Assembly: GCA_965113315.1 (NCBI GenBank) | Contig: OZ220364.1 | Direction: 5' to 3' (one strand) | Length of the DNA stretch: 64,000 nucleotides | From: Podarcis vaucheri | Taxonomy: Eukaryota | Shown: positions 23,801-38,800 of the stretch, in pieces | How positions within the stretch are numbered: the stretch's first letter is position 1 | How the letters are laid out: each line of letters begins with the position of its first letter | Translations under genes and position numbers: made by a program | Notes under the pieces: generated by a model | Databases searched by the model: none | Told to the model about the DNA's origin: nothing | The model's input: only the letters and a program-made list of their open reading frames with translations

Positions 23801-26800
23801 AAACTGGCAGGATACATTCCCAGTGAGCCATAGTTGGCTTTTAATGATTCCAAGTACATTCGTTTTTCTGTTAGTTAAGTTGATGATACTTTAACAGTTA
23901 GTTTGAATGCCAGATTGTTATTTAATTAATTGGTAACATTTGCTTCTTATACTTCTGCCAGAAAGGCACCCAAGGAGACCATCTTTAAGGAGTCAAGCAA
24001 TATAAGGGCCAAGTTAACAGAGCAATCCTATGCATTTTTGCTCAGAAATGAGTTCTCACTGTGTATAATAGAGCTTATTGCCAGGTTAGTGTGCATAGAT
24101 TTGTAACTTTAAATCTTCAGTAAATATTTAAATGATACTGACAGATTGCATTTCTTGAATATTTGTAAATGTTTCCTTAAAAAGAGGCATAACTTATTAC
24201 AGTCTCCTTATTTGCAGACATGGTTTTCTTTTGTTTGGGTGTATATAGTTTTTTTACTAGTATCATGTACACAGCACCAATCTAGTGAAACCTTGTTATG
24301 GTTTTCACTGTTACCAGAGGCACAGCTATCCTCCAGTTACATACTTCCTCATGGTCCTGGGCTTGTAGAAATCCCTGCCATTGGGAGATGTGTCAGGTCT
24401 GAAATATTGAATTGTGCAGACAGGCAGTTTATGCCTTTAAGTTTAGGTGAACATTTGATCTTTAATTTGATATTTTTTTCTTTCTGCTGTATTTATTGTT
24501 TTATAGAACATAGTCTGCGTATACACAGGTTGCACAAGCAAGAGGTTGCTTGCAGTGCAGCCTATCTTTCCTTCTCCCCTACACCCACCCAAAAAGCCAG
24601 GGTGTCCAGGGACTTTCCTGAATGGCACAATGTGTTCACCTGAATTTGGACAGTTTCCCATCCAACTGTAGCTCCGCCCCCCCATGACAAAGCTCATACT
24701 ATTTGGGGAAGCTCCTTGGCCACCCACATTTCTTAGTGTTTTATGGTTTTATTGTACTCTGCTTTGAGAACTGCTTGTTACACACCGCCATAGTTAACCT
24801 GACCCAGTGTCTTGATCACGACCCAGCATTTCATTCAGATTTCTTATGAGGAGAGGAAATTGATGCAAGGACTGCCACCTCCCCTAAAATAAATGGGCAA
24901 CCCATCCATAACACAGCTCTTTCTGTAAGTGAGCATGCAAGAAGCCCTAGGACCAGATACTGGTGTGGACATATTGGAATAATTGTCATTTGTATGGACA
25001 GACACTAAATGACACCCAGCCTAGCAAGTGTGAAAACGAAGCATTCCTGAAAGGAAAAGCTAAGTAACCAGACTTGTGTGGGCTGATCTTGCCTTCTCAG
25101 AGGTGAATTAATGGTACTATCATTCTGATTGTGGATTTCCTGGCTGTAGGAGTATGGTATTGAAAATGTGTTTGCGGGCTAAGTTTTCCTGCGCTCTACT
25201 TCATATTAAGTCTTACATGTGCTAGTATCTTTCAAATGAACTTGTTTTATAAGAAATTAATATGGTATTTTATTCATGTAAGAGTTCTTTCAATTTATTC
25301 TTTTCTAATCTTGTAAAGCTGTTATAAATATATCCCTGTTTGTAGATTCAAACCTATTCACAGTATGTTACGTACTCTCTATTCATGGGGGGGGGGCAAG
25401 TTTCACCAATGGTTGAGCATCCTTGAAAGGAAGTACATCTGCCTCTTTTAGTTTAAAAAGTAAACCTGTAATTCTAAATAATCAAATTCAGGCTTAAGCT
25501 GCAAGAAATATGAATGAGGACAAAATATAAGATGCATAGTGTATGAGTGCAAGGCAATGAATGCAGAATATGAAGTGTGTGTCTATTTTGTGAAGCTTGG
25601 CTAGGTATGTAATACTGTACTTGCTGGTAAAAAATTATTATTCTTGTATAAGGACCCTGTATTACTGAGAGTTTCTTTCAAGTATCAGCTTCTTAGTCAT
25701 TAGCAGGAACTTCATAGCCCCAAGCTTCTTTTAATACCCAAACCAACAAAATCTTGACCAAATAAGCATTCAAAGCTGCCCTCTGTAGGCCATACTAGAG
25801 GCTGCATAGCAGATCAGCTCCTATTAGCTGACATGAGGTTCCGCAAATAAATGTAATGATCCCTTGAGCCTTGACCTTTAAAAAGAAAATAATTAAAAGT
25901 AGCCACAAAAGGTTGTGAGGAGGAATACTTTGGTGAAAGGTGCCGGCTTAAACCTTTTCCTTCAACACTCCCTCTGCTATTTTTCTCTGGGGGGTGGGGT
26001 GGGGGACAGAACTCTTCCACTCAAGTTCACAACTTCCTACAGCTGCTTTTCATTACAAAACTATCATGAGATTATTACATGTATCTGCCATGTAATTTCT
26101 TGTTTGGTCTCAATTCCATTTTGTAACATTGTATTGTGATTTGGCTAGATGTCATGGCTGTGATTTCGATGTTTCCAGAAATCTCTTAGGATCAAGAATT
26201 CCATTTTAAGTTCTTGAAATAATTCCATACAAGGGTCATTATCTTTTTTTACTTGTGTTTCTTGATCAGTAGTGAAATGAACTCTGGTGACTTGGTGATC
26301 AGATTTAATGCCTCCTTGAAGTTAGGACAGGAATTTAGTGCAGCATTACATTTACATTGTCACAATACTTATAAGATTGTTGCAGTTATTAATGTACATC
26401 AGTTACAGAGCTTATAATTAATTTTGCAGCAATAACAGATCACCAGTAAAGTGGATGAATGCTGCACACAGTATAATGATAATTTAACTTAAGACGATGC
26501 TTAAATATATGATGATCTGTAGGAGAATTTTCATGTCAAGCAAATAAATACCTGTTGGTCAATATCTTCTCCTTTGGGTTGATTCCTTTGACAAGGATGT
26601 ACTTAGGGACACAGGCAGAGTTCCATTTCTTGCAATGAAGTTATTACCCAGCACTGATTCTATTTTAGAAGTGTTGGAGTACTGAAAGGCAGAAAAAATC
26701 TCTGGGGTGGGGGGCTGTATCAGGTCCTGTATCAATCTAGCAACTGACGTTCTTCCCAGCATAAGTATGCATCAGGGCAACCAAGGCTGCTTCTGTGTAA

Positions 26801-29800
26801 AAACAAAAACGAAAAAACTTAACAGGTATGAAGCTAGTTTAGAAATGAATCCAACCAGGCTCTTCCAAGATTAACTGCCAACACTCATTTGGACATCATG
26901 CCTGGGCAGGGAATGTTATCATTAACTACACTCTTTGGATATATGAAGATGCTTCACTTGTCTTATTTCACAAAACATTTGAAAAAGCATGTTAAACATC
27001 TTGGTCAGAGAGTTTAAAACCCCCCTGATATTTTACCTTCCCGTGCTATTTTGCCCTTTTACAATCTTTAGTTGTGTTAAGTGGGAGAGCTGTTAACATA
27101 CCCAGGCAACCCCTCATTTCTGCATGTTTAATATGTGTTCAACTGTGTTTGGCATCGCACCAAACCTGGAAGTGACCTGGAAACATCATAAAGATGTAAC
27201 TGAAACATCACTATAAGGGTGGGGTGGAGGTGGAATAGGGGCAGAGTGGGGCAGGGTAGGGTGTTTGCAGGCCTTTTGAATGGATTTCAGTAATACACTG
27301 CCTGTATATGTTTTATTCTTGTAGGTGTTTTTGTTTTTAAGTGGCAAAGATACATAGCCATTCTTAACAGATAACGTGATACAGTAAATATTTCTAGAGC
27401 CTACCAGTGCTGTGTTTACAATTAATTGGTATCAAGTAAATCACTTCAAATTTAATCTCTTTGAAATCATACTAATAGTATGGTAAGAGCTGAATAAAAA
27501 TGAAAGGCTTAAAATTGTGGGCAAGACTTACCTGAATGATCTTTTCGTACTAATTAGTTGATATTTATTTAGGTGCTAAAAATTATTTCAAGGCATGCCA
27601 GAACTGTCATCTTGACAGATGTACATTTATTGAAACACTTTCCTTTTCATCTATTTGCCACACCCCTTCATTCCCAATTTCATTTGTTTCCACAAAATTT
27701 GTGTTTTCTTGAGCAGCTTAAATGGTGGTTGATCTTTGCAAGGCTTGCAAAATTATGTCTTGCTGGTGGAAGGGAGATAATGAAATGGTAATCAGTGTTG
27801 TATTCAGAAAAGAGACATATTGGACTTTTTATGCCAGGAGGTGTCTTGAGAATTTAGAATTCAGCTATTTATTAGATGGTGCCAACCAATTTACTTTGGA
27901 TTGCTGATACAGAAAATTCAAAAATTTAGTTGGATGTTATAGTGTAGGGGAATCTTAAGATAGAAGCATGTGTATATTCAAATGAAGTGATGTTTTAAAG
28001 GGGGGGCTGTAGTTCAGCAGTGGTTTGCATGCAAAAGCTGCTAGGTTCAACATTAGGAAGCCACCTTATACTGTTACAGACCATAATTCTATCTAGTTCA
28101 GTATTGCCTACACAGACTCAGAGATTCTTCAAGGTTTCAGATACAGTGGTACCTTGTGTTACAGACGCTTCAGGTTACAGACTCTGCTAACCCAGAAATA
28201 GTGCCTCAGATTAAGAACTTTGCTTCAGGATGAGAACAGAAATCATGCGGTGGTGGCTCAGTGTCAGTGGGGAGGCCTCATTAGCTAAAGTGGTACCTCA
28301 GGTTAAGAACAGTTTCAGGTTAAGAACGGACCTCCAGAACAAATTAATTTCTTAACCCGAGGTACCACTGTAGAAGCCTGGAGACTCCAGAAATTGGAGA
28401 AGAGCTATGACACTGTGATGCAGGGCATGTTTTCAGTGTAGGAGTTCCCAGCTTCAATCACCAGCATCTATAGTATGGGAAAGTGGAGGATGAGAGGGAG
28501 CACTTGGAAAGCCCCCTGTTTAAAATCCCAGTGAATGTGAATGAGTCTTCTTCAACCTCATCTCTTCCCATTGCTGAGCTACAACTTCCATCATCCCTGA
28601 TCATCGCTGTGCTGCTGGCAGTTGGTCCAACAACTGCCAAGGACACCAGATTGGGGAAGACTGTGTAAAGAATGCTGAGCTAGATGAATGTATTTTTTGA
28701 CTCTGTATAAGGTAGTTTTCTATTGCTGCTGGTTATGAGTCTCATGCTCACACAAATGAACAAACAACTTGTTTCGTTTTTGATGCAGGAATGCCTTATT
28801 AAAGAAGAAAGAAAGTAAGCTGTGGTGCTTAGCCTAAAAATCTATAGTCTCTTGCTTATACCAAAGATTTTTAGGTGTCTGGTGGAAAGAGGATTTGGGA
28901 GAACAATTAGCTTTCTGAAATGTAATGCTTTCTGTCTACCAGCCTGACTTTCTTAGCAGCTGTACATATCCAGGCATTCCAAAATTCCATTTTGCAACAT
29001 CTAGCATGCTTTGGTAAGCATTGTGGGTCCCATCTGCTTCCATTGTCTATCAGCTACTGTTCATTCTAGATATCTCACCATGAGGTTTTAGCAGATCCTA
29101 TTTGCTACTCCATTCATACGGTATGGTTTATTGTCTTAGCTGGCTAGTAATCTTTGACATTTGGGCAGTTGATTCTGCTTTACAGAGCAGGTGAAAGTTT
29201 TTGATAAAATTAAATTTGGCCAAGGTGTTGATTCTTAAGCATCAGCAGCTACAAGCCAAACTTCGGAAGAGTTGGCCAGCACTGGCATTTTCACTTAACT
29301 GAGACACTGGATCATCAAATATGCACAAGCAGATGGTTAGACTCATGTTAATTACAGAACACATTTGAGCCAAATTCAGACAGATATTCGTGGTGATTTG
29401 CATACTGCAGACTTAAGATTCCTTTTTCCAATGGAAAAGCCCTTGAATGAATGACTTATGCAGCCTACTGGATATTTCTGATAAGGCCATCAGTTCAGAA
29501 CCAATTAACACTTGGAATAACTTCCTATCACAGGGTTTTAGGCAGCATTTTATATTTTATTGAGATAAGCAGAGGAGTACAACATGTGACTTTGCAATTG
29601 CTGTAGGTAGGTATGTGTAATGTAAATTAACAATTGGTTCTGTTAAACTTTTATTTCTCTGGACAAAAGTATCGTATACAAAAAAGCACATTTACTTAAA
29701 CTCTACTTTCAGCTGCCCTTATTTATGATCCTGCAAATGTTCCCTATATAAGCAATCTTACCTATAGGTGAGTGTTCTTGCAGCAGTCTGTGCTATCAAA

Positions 29801-32800
29801 GGAAGCTGTGGCCTGGAGGTTCTTACTTTTTATCTCTCCAAATGCCTAAATCAGTTGTTCCAAATTGCCGATTTACTTAAAGGATGAGTCCTGGGCTATG
29901 TGTCCTGCTCTCATTTGACTAGAGAGAGGCTGTTTGGATGACCTTAATTTTCTGAGGGTCCATTGTGGGTTATGTTCCTGATTTTCAAAGCTGGAGAAAC
30001 AGTTATTGAACTGAGGCAACAGAGAGTTTTTGTAGCCTGTGAGTGACTAATTTAGCAACTAAGGGAAAATAAAAGAATAAAAAAATGTGCTGTTCTATAA
30101 ATGGAATTCTTACATACATTTAAAAATAGAGCTTCTTTGGGTTGCTTTTGAGGAAGTAGCATAATTGCAGAATAGTGTGCCTCTCCTACTTGGTTAAGTT
30201 GCTGACGTATTAATGTAGTATCAGAAAGAAGTTGTATAGCTGTTCAGGAAAAAGGTCCTGCCATGATTAAGACAATATGCAGTGCTTTAAAACCATATGA
30301 ACCCGAGAGGAATTGCTGCTGGTTGGCTTGTACCTGCCACTTCTACTTGCTTGACGCATTGAGTAAATATATGTTGAAATTGGGCTAGCTAGTTCAATTT
30401 GAGGTTATCCACAGTAAAACCTAGGAACTGATTACGTTCTCTGAAGTGAAAATGTTAGGATGTATGTTGGGGTAGAAACAATGTACTTATTTCCTTGGGA
30501 TCCTGACTCTGTGTGATCCTGATTGTATTTTTGTGATAACAGGGGCATGGTCTGAGATATTAAGAAGACAGATCTCCAAGTTGTGGACTTAAGAATTTCT
30601 GTGATTAAGAAATAATCCATTCTGGAGTAATTTTTTGACTTTGCATGCTCTCACTCAATCCAAGACTCATTATGTGAACAGCCCTCTCTCATGCAAGGAA
30701 GCCTTTGGGACACATGTCTGATAACTACTTAGTATGTGGCTTAACTACTTGGTTTGTGGAAGGAAACTCTATTTTTGAGCCTGTGCTCATGTAGTAAAAT
30801 GGATATGTGGGCATTCTTTACACATGATGGTGTATATTTGTACAATATTTGTGTACTCCTTTTCTGCTGTAATATTTCTCAAAGCAGTTCCCAATAATAG
30901 AACTGGATTTATAGACAGGTCATACTGCCTTGGCAATTCTGAATTGCAGGTGCTGTCAATGGGATCATGTGATTCTTTGTTCTGCCCCTCTCAAAGGTGG
31001 TGGTGACAAAGAGAGGTCCTAGTAGCAGATGTTTTTCAGAGTCCTAGACTGATACCTTTTGAGAGAGGAGACCACACACATGTGCATGCCTTGTAGTGTT
31101 CACCTCACCGTTCATTGTGTTTTGTGGAGTATCTAGAATTCTGAAGTTGTGTGGCAGACCCTTTTTTTTAAAAAAAGTATTTTTATTAAAGATTTCTTGG
31201 TTTACAAAAGTATGTGCAATGTCTCTTTTTTCAAGTTACATTTTCTTGATCAGTTTCATTTGTTGAGACATTAGTGTTACATTAGGAAGAAAAGGGGGAA
31301 AGAGGTGGAGGGGGAATGGTGAGTGGGGGTGGGGTCGGGTGGCAATGTTTCTATTTTACTTAATGTGTGTGTGGGGGGGGTTGTGTCAGCGTCACTTGTG
31401 CAGGTTCTCTTTGCTACTTGCTTGTGTTCCTTTAGTGGTGAGAGAGGTTGGGGATGGCCTAGAGTGTGATTGTTTATTTGTGATTGGCTGTGGTGAACTT
31501 TGTTTTCATGTGTGAGTGGGGTGGGTGGATGTTTTGGATCAGGTTAGCCAAATGGATTCATATGCTGTTGGTGGATTCTTGTCGTTGTCTTGTTGGGCTG
31601 TGTATGTGATAAAGGGGAGCGATACCGGGGTGAAGGCGTCATCTTCTATTTGTCCCCATATCAGTTTCAGTTTATTGGTTAATTTTTCTAGTAAGGCTGT
31701 TTCCCATGCTATTTGGTACCATTGGTCCATGCTTACTCCTGACAGGACTCTCCAGTGTCTGGTTATGATGTTTCTGGCTGCTGAGAGTAGGTGGGTTATG
31801 AGTTCTTTGTGATGTGTGGGCATTATTGTCTTGGAAGAGGCAGACCCTTTCTTCATACCCTGCTTGAAACTTAACTTCAATTCTGGGCGACAATACAGGA
31901 TTTATTCAAGTTTCTGAGCCCTGTTGGCTGGCTGACTTTATTAAAAAAATTGTTTGTATTATTTGGAAGAAGTTGTTAATGAAAGAATTCTGTGTTTGCA
32001 AAAAGGCTGGCATGTAGCTCAGTATAATGTGTGGCATAGTGCGTCCTAGCAGCTGTTGCACCATAAACTTAAATATGCTTACCCATTGAAGGCCCAGGGG
32101 TATTCTGTATGCTTTTATCAGCATAGAGTTGATACCTTTAGGGGTCATGCTAAAATAAAATTATTTATCATCAATAGTGAATGTTTAATAATGTAATTTC
32201 TGGTACAGACCCAAACATTCAAGAAGAAATCTGCTGCCTTGTTCTCAGCAGATTTCTCCAGCTACAGCTGAAGTACCATTGGTTCTGACAGTAATCTTTT
32301 AGTGCTAGTGCACTCCACGCTAACAGTTTTTATAGTAATAGCCAGTGCTTGAGAATCCAAAAGTAATAATTCAACTGAAATAGTGTGAAATGAATTACGT
32401 AGATGCTTTCAATTCTTTCATGTGAATAATTTCAGGCATTCATTCAGCAGTGAAGGAATGTCTGCTTAAGGGGTTTGAGGGTTTCTGTTTGTGTGTTTCT
32501 TTGTTTTGTAACTGACCCAGTATTTTCTTAGGAGAGTTCAAGTACATTTACCTATACAAGCACATGTATATGCACGTGCTCGCATAAGAATTGGATAGGA
32601 CTGTATCTAAAAATACTGTCATCTTCTTTAATATTTAACCAGTTTTCTAAACATGCAGGCAGCCCTTTTCCCAATAGGATAGAAAATGAAACTGAACTGA
32701 TTATGGTGGCTACGTTTTTAGTGTTTTCTTCTGTAATCCAAGTTTTAAAGAAATGGCTTTGGTTACATTTATCTCAGTGCCTTAGATAAATCAGCAGCTT

Positions 32801-35800
32801 CTATATTTCAGTTTTTTATGGTAAGTTGTTTTGGAAGTTGAATGGAATCCGTTCCGGAAGTCCGTTCGACTTCCAAAACGTTTGGAAACCGAAACGTGGC
32901 TTCTGATTAGCCGCAGGAAGCTCCTGCAGCCAATCGGAGGTTGCAGAAGCCCTGTTGGGTGTTCGAGTTCCAAAGAACGTTTGCAAACTGGAACACTCAC
33001 TTCTGGGTTTGCAGCGTTTGGGAGCCAAAACATCCAAGTACCAAGGCATTTGGGATCCAAGTTACGACTGTATAGCCGGGAAGGTGGCATACATAAAATG
33101 TGCTGTTCATCAGGGGAATAACAGAATTCTGACAAGGGTGTTCAGACTTAAGGATTTGCTTCCCCACACAGTCATTTAGCAGGGGCAAAACTAAACTTTA
33201 TTTCACCTGGGTCAAAGACCCAGTTTGGCACCCCATGCACATTTGCGTGTGTACACACACAGGTTGGGAGCCTCGATGGTGCTTCTCTGGAGGCTTCAGC
33301 TGGGGCAAAAAAACTGGCTAGGCCCTCCTCCCCCGGTAGCTACAGCTCTGTCTGAAATTGGGTCCAATTAGTACACTTTCTTGTTCTCCATCAACTCCCA
33401 TTTTCTCCTTGCGGCCTCTCATTTTGAGTTATAGCAGATCCATTCAATACCAGTGTGGTGTGTTCAGGTCTAATGCCATTGTGATAACAGCAAGAGGAGT
33501 GTTAAAATTTCTATAGAAACACCAAAGTTCAAAAAGCTTGTGTTCTGCTTCCCCCGCCCCCTCTACTCACACACATTCATCTTTGGATTGAAGCCATAGT
33601 GAGTTCAGGCTGCAGGAGAGGGCCTTTTTGCTGGTGGCACCCAGGCTTTGGAACACCCTCCTGAAGTAAGTAAGACTGGTGCTAACACAATCCTCATCCC
33701 AGGGAGACTATTGAACTCCTGAATCCCTGCGTTGAGGCTGTTTTGAACAACTGAGGGGGAACAAGATGAACCTTAATCCGGATAAGACAGAGGTCCTGTG
33801 GAAGGAAAAACATACACTTTTGTATGGAGGCTTGTAACTGATTCCAGAAGGGGTTGCATTTCATCTGAATGATCAAGTTCACATTTTGTGAATACTTCTA
33901 GAATCCATGCTAAATGGGGATGATGAGATGGCAGCCGTGGCCAGTGGTGCTTTTTCCAGTTTTGGCTGATTTATTAGCTGAAACTCTACCTGGAGAGAAT
34001 GAATGTTGTCTCAGTTATCTATGCACAAGTGAGTATCTAGGCTGGACAACTGCAATGTACATGAGGTGGCTTTTAAAAGTGGTTAAGAACTTTCATCTGG
34101 AACAAATAAAAGTTGGTTGCGGCTGGGTGGTTAAAGTGCTTTGCACCTACATTATACCAGCTGCACTGTCCCAATGTGTTTCTGAACCCAAATTAAAGTG
34201 CTGGTGGTAATCTTAAAATCCCTAATCAGTTTGGGACTGGGTTACCTACAGGACTGTGCATGGGATGGAACCTCTGAATCTACCTTGTGGGCTCTGCTCA
34301 GGCCAGTTTCTTTCTTTTTACAGATACCTGAAGGAATTCCGCACAGAGCAGTGCCCACTCTTTGTGCAGCACAAGTGTACTCAGCATAGGCCCTATACAT
34401 GCTTCCACTGGCACTTTGTCAACCAGCGTCGCCGCCGGTCTATCCGCCGTCGGGATGGCACCTTTAACTACAGTCCTGACATTTACTGCACCAAATACGA
34501 TGAGACCACAGGGATCTGTCCAGAAGGAGATGAGTAAGTTACTCAAGGCTGCATCTAACTTGACCAGATGGAGGTTCCAGCCTGCACTTACAGAGAGGAG
34601 AGAATTCAACAAACCAGCTTTTTAAAAATCATGCAGAAGAACCCATGAAGAAATGTGGAAACGCTGCAGTAGAAACTTGAACAAAAAATTAATTACGATT
34701 GCACCACACCTATATATCCCCCCCCCAATGAAGGCTGTAATTCAAAGGTTTTTTTGCTCTGGAATAATCCTAGAGAAATTAGTGAGGTTTATTTTAAAAT
34801 TAATGACCTGAGGATCGTTTCCTCATTTTATATCCTTATTTTACAAAGGATACAAATGGGAAAAAAGTGCTGGATTTGACAACCGTGAGGACTAAAAATT
34901 TTTTTTTGTTGGGCAGCATGTTTCAGCCTTTGAGTTTCTACGAGCTCTCTTTTCCCCCCCTCCCCTGTAGGTGTCCATTCCTGCATAGAACTACTGGTGA
35001 CACAGAACGTAGATATCACCTGCGCTACTACAAAACTGGAATCTGCATCCATGAGACTGACTCGAAAGGAAACTGCACCAAGAATGGTCTCCACTGTGCT
35101 TTTGCTCATGGGCCCCATGACCTCCGCTCTCCAGTTTATGATATCAGGTTAGTAGAGGATGAAGTTCCTTGTCTGCAGAAGTATGCTTGCTAAGCCAAAA
35201 TGGAACAGATCAGAGTACAAAATGCTGCTGAATGTGTAGTGTTTAGCATCAGAAGTATGATGGTGTTCTGTTTTCTCTCTTCCTCCACCCCTGCCCCCCA
35301 ACCCCGCACAAAAGAATATGTTATATACAGTCCTTTAAGGCCGTTTCCTGTGACTTTTTATGCATCACAAGGTGACTTGGGCAAGTATCTTGGTGCCAGG
35401 AGCCCCATTATTATGAATGGGTTTAATATAAGCCAGGCTATTGCTAAGCCTCCACCATTGCCCTCACTAGACATAAGATAGTAAGGTAGCTAGGAAGAGG
35501 TTAAATCTGCCCCCCTCCAACTATACCCCCCCCCGAGCATATCTCCACCACCAGATGACTGTCAAAAATTACCTATCAGTTTAAAGAAAGGGATGGTATG
35601 ACTTTAATTTCTTAGAACAAGATTTGTATAGAAACAAACAGCCTAAGTGTTTGTAAGATTGGGTGAAACTGGACATTGGTAGCAAACATTGGTCTAGGAA
35701 TTCTGGTTACCCCCATATATCTGTGAAGCAGAGGGAGAGGACATGATTCGCAGGGAAGATGCTATGGTATGGGAATATGCTTTGAGAAAAAACCCTTTTT

Positions 35801-38800
35801 TTCTATCCACATTTCCCCATAGTCTACAACCACTTTATCTGTTTTGTCCCACAATGCAGCAGATGCATATCTGAGTCCCATGACTAGAGAGGGAGTACCA
35901 GTGGGAAAGTGGCAGCAGGGGAAGGATTAATTACCCTTCCCCTGCCTGCTGCTTCTTCCCTGCAGATCACACCCTCCCCCAGCTGATGTATAGTTGTGTG
36001 TTACTGACTGGGGTTCCCAGCCCTGAGTCTGCAACCAAGTGTCTCTTTCAGGCCTTAGAGGTAAATATCATTTCATTAAGTATATGGGAGAGCATGTTTA
36101 AAGAGATGTTAACATTAGACCTAAGGTATCCTTTCCAATAGTTCTGTAAGATGAAAATACTTAAGTTTAGGAAATAGACATTGTATTTGTTTGTTCTATT
36201 TATGTTATGGCTATCAAAAGGGAATATGTGAAGCATGCTAGGAGTTTACTTGGGTTTGTTTTGGGAGGTGGGGAGGATTAATTATGCTATATTAACTTGC
36301 TGGAGGCACACCAGTTGAGATTCAACCAGGATCTTATTTTACCTTCTTCATGAAGCACCATGCCCCTGCGTGCAAATAAATGTGTGTGTTGTATAGGGGA
36401 TTAATAGAACAACAGTGGAAAATGGGGTGCAATATGTCTTGTAGGAGTTTTCTCCAAAATAGCAGGAGGACAGAGTGCTCATACAAATCCTGAATCTCTA
36501 AAAGTGGGCTTAGCAAAAAAAGAAAGAAAGAATAAATGTATGGGAATTCCTGCATTGTGGCAACTCCTATCTGGTAGACACACATCTCTTTCTCTGAATC
36601 TTCTCTGCCTGCCTATTGTTCATTTAACTCTGTTCCCTAAGGGAGCTTCAGGCCATGGAAGCTTTGCAGAATGGTCAGACTACATCAGAGGGTGGCATAG
36701 AGGGTCAGTCTGCAGTTGCCGCTAGCCATGCTATGATAGAGAAAATACTCAGTGAAGAGCCAAGGTGGCAAGGTGAGTTCCTTAGGGTCTTACATAGGGC
36801 TGTCCATTGTTCTTGGACTGCCCACTCCTCCTATCACAAGGTTCTTCATGTAGGAAGCAATATGCTTGTCATCGCGAATTAACCAGCCACACCTGTCTTC
36901 ACAGACACAACATATGTTTTGGGAAACTACAAAACAGAACAATGTAAGAAGCCCCCACGTCTCTGTCGACAGGGTTATGCCTGCCCTTACTACCATAATA
37001 GCAAAGATAGAAGAAGGAGCCCCAGGAAACACAAATACAGGTACAGTGCCTCAAGATCTGGTGTTTTGGAAGGGACCAGTAGTTTTTAGTCCTGTTGAGA
37101 GCAATATATTCCTTTTGAAGTTAAGCTCTAAGGATTGGTTCAGATATTGTTTTTGAGAGGAATAAGGTCTGCTGGGTTGTGTGTATACTTCTGGCAACTG
37201 TTAATACTGAAAGTGATCCTAATTGTTATATTTAAGAAAATGTTTTGGGGCAGTTTCTTAACACTGGTTACTTGTTTTTATGCAACCTCTGAGTGTTCAG
37301 AATGGGTGGTGGTGAGAGCACCCTTAATTTTTGTAGCTGGGGTAAGCTATTTTGCTGTCTGTTCAAGCATCTAGATACTATAAATGTGGGTTATAAATAA
37401 TATAATATAATATGTAATATGGGCGATGAGAGCACTTTTTAATCTTCTAGCTTAGAAAGTTTTGCTCTTTTATTTTTCTCTGTTGTAATTTTCCTGTCTT
37501 ATATTGTTTTGTTTGATTAATTTATCGCCTTTTATCATGCTTCATTTTTTGTTGTATTAATATGCCATTCACCACTTTGAAGCAAGTTACTGTTGTTGTT
37601 AATAAAATAAGTAGTAGTAGAAGTACTTAAAAGTAGTACTTAATAATTGTTGAGATGATATAACTTCAAAAATTGGTGCTGGAATTCTACTGCTGTTCTC
37701 TTCCTTCTTCCTTCCTTTTTCCTTATGTATCATGTCTATTAGACTCTGTATCTTTTAATCTCTGTGCAACCCCTAGAATTTGCTTTATAGCAACATAGTG
37801 CTAGCACAGTTTTCAGAGTGGGAATCTCTAGTCCTTGTGAAAATTGTGTTACACGTTGAGACTTAATACTTCAAATAGAAAGGCCACATGCAAAGGTATC
37901 TCTCTGAGATCACAGGTTTCCATTAAACTCCCACAGTTCATGTTCAAACTGTATTTCAAGCATTGGTCAGACAAGGTACTTGTCTCCTGCTGTTGTGTGC
38001 TTTCCTCTTCTGTGGGGGCAAAGAAGACTGTCCTCTTGAAAGCCACCAGCTTCTGTCCTAATTCAATGTGACCTGAAATCATATGTATTTAGTTCTGCAT
38101 AATGAAGTAAAACCTTCCACTGCCTTGGGAAAAGCTATATTGCAGGTAGCTAAGGTATTCAATATGCAGAAGTAAGTGGCAGGGATATATGGAAGCAGTA
38201 GACTGGGCATCCCTGTTTGGGACAGTGAGATAAGTTTATTTGATGGTACCAAGTTGGAATTGGGTTACTTATTCTATACCATTGCTGCCTTCTTTATGCA
38301 GGTCATCCCCATGCCCCAGTGTGAAACATGGAGATGAGTGGGGAGATCCCAGTAAGTGTGACAATGGAGATGCATGCCAGTACTGTCACACCCGCACAGA
38401 ACAACAATTTCATCCAGAGGTACAGTGAGCAACCCTTCCTGTTGGCTGCCTGGCTAGATAAATGGAGGGGCTCCAGGGTTTATATGTGCTGATAAACAGT
38501 AACACTTCTAATAAAAAGTACAATAAGAACACTGGAAGAGAAAAGAATCCAAGGGGTCCTGAGGAGCTGAAATTGCTTGAGATCTTGGATTCTTCACCCA
38601 TAAGTGCTCCTATTGCCATCTAGACATGCTGGGAAGAATGTTTCCTTGGACATTGAGAGTACAGCTGGCAGGGGCTGCAGGAACCAAGGTGAGGGGCCAA
38701 ATGGGGCTTGATGGTTGGATGTAGGAGAGTGAGAAAATTTGGAGTGGACTATGGCGCATGCGGAAGCCTAGAAGACACAGACAAGAGGCTGAGGGAGGTG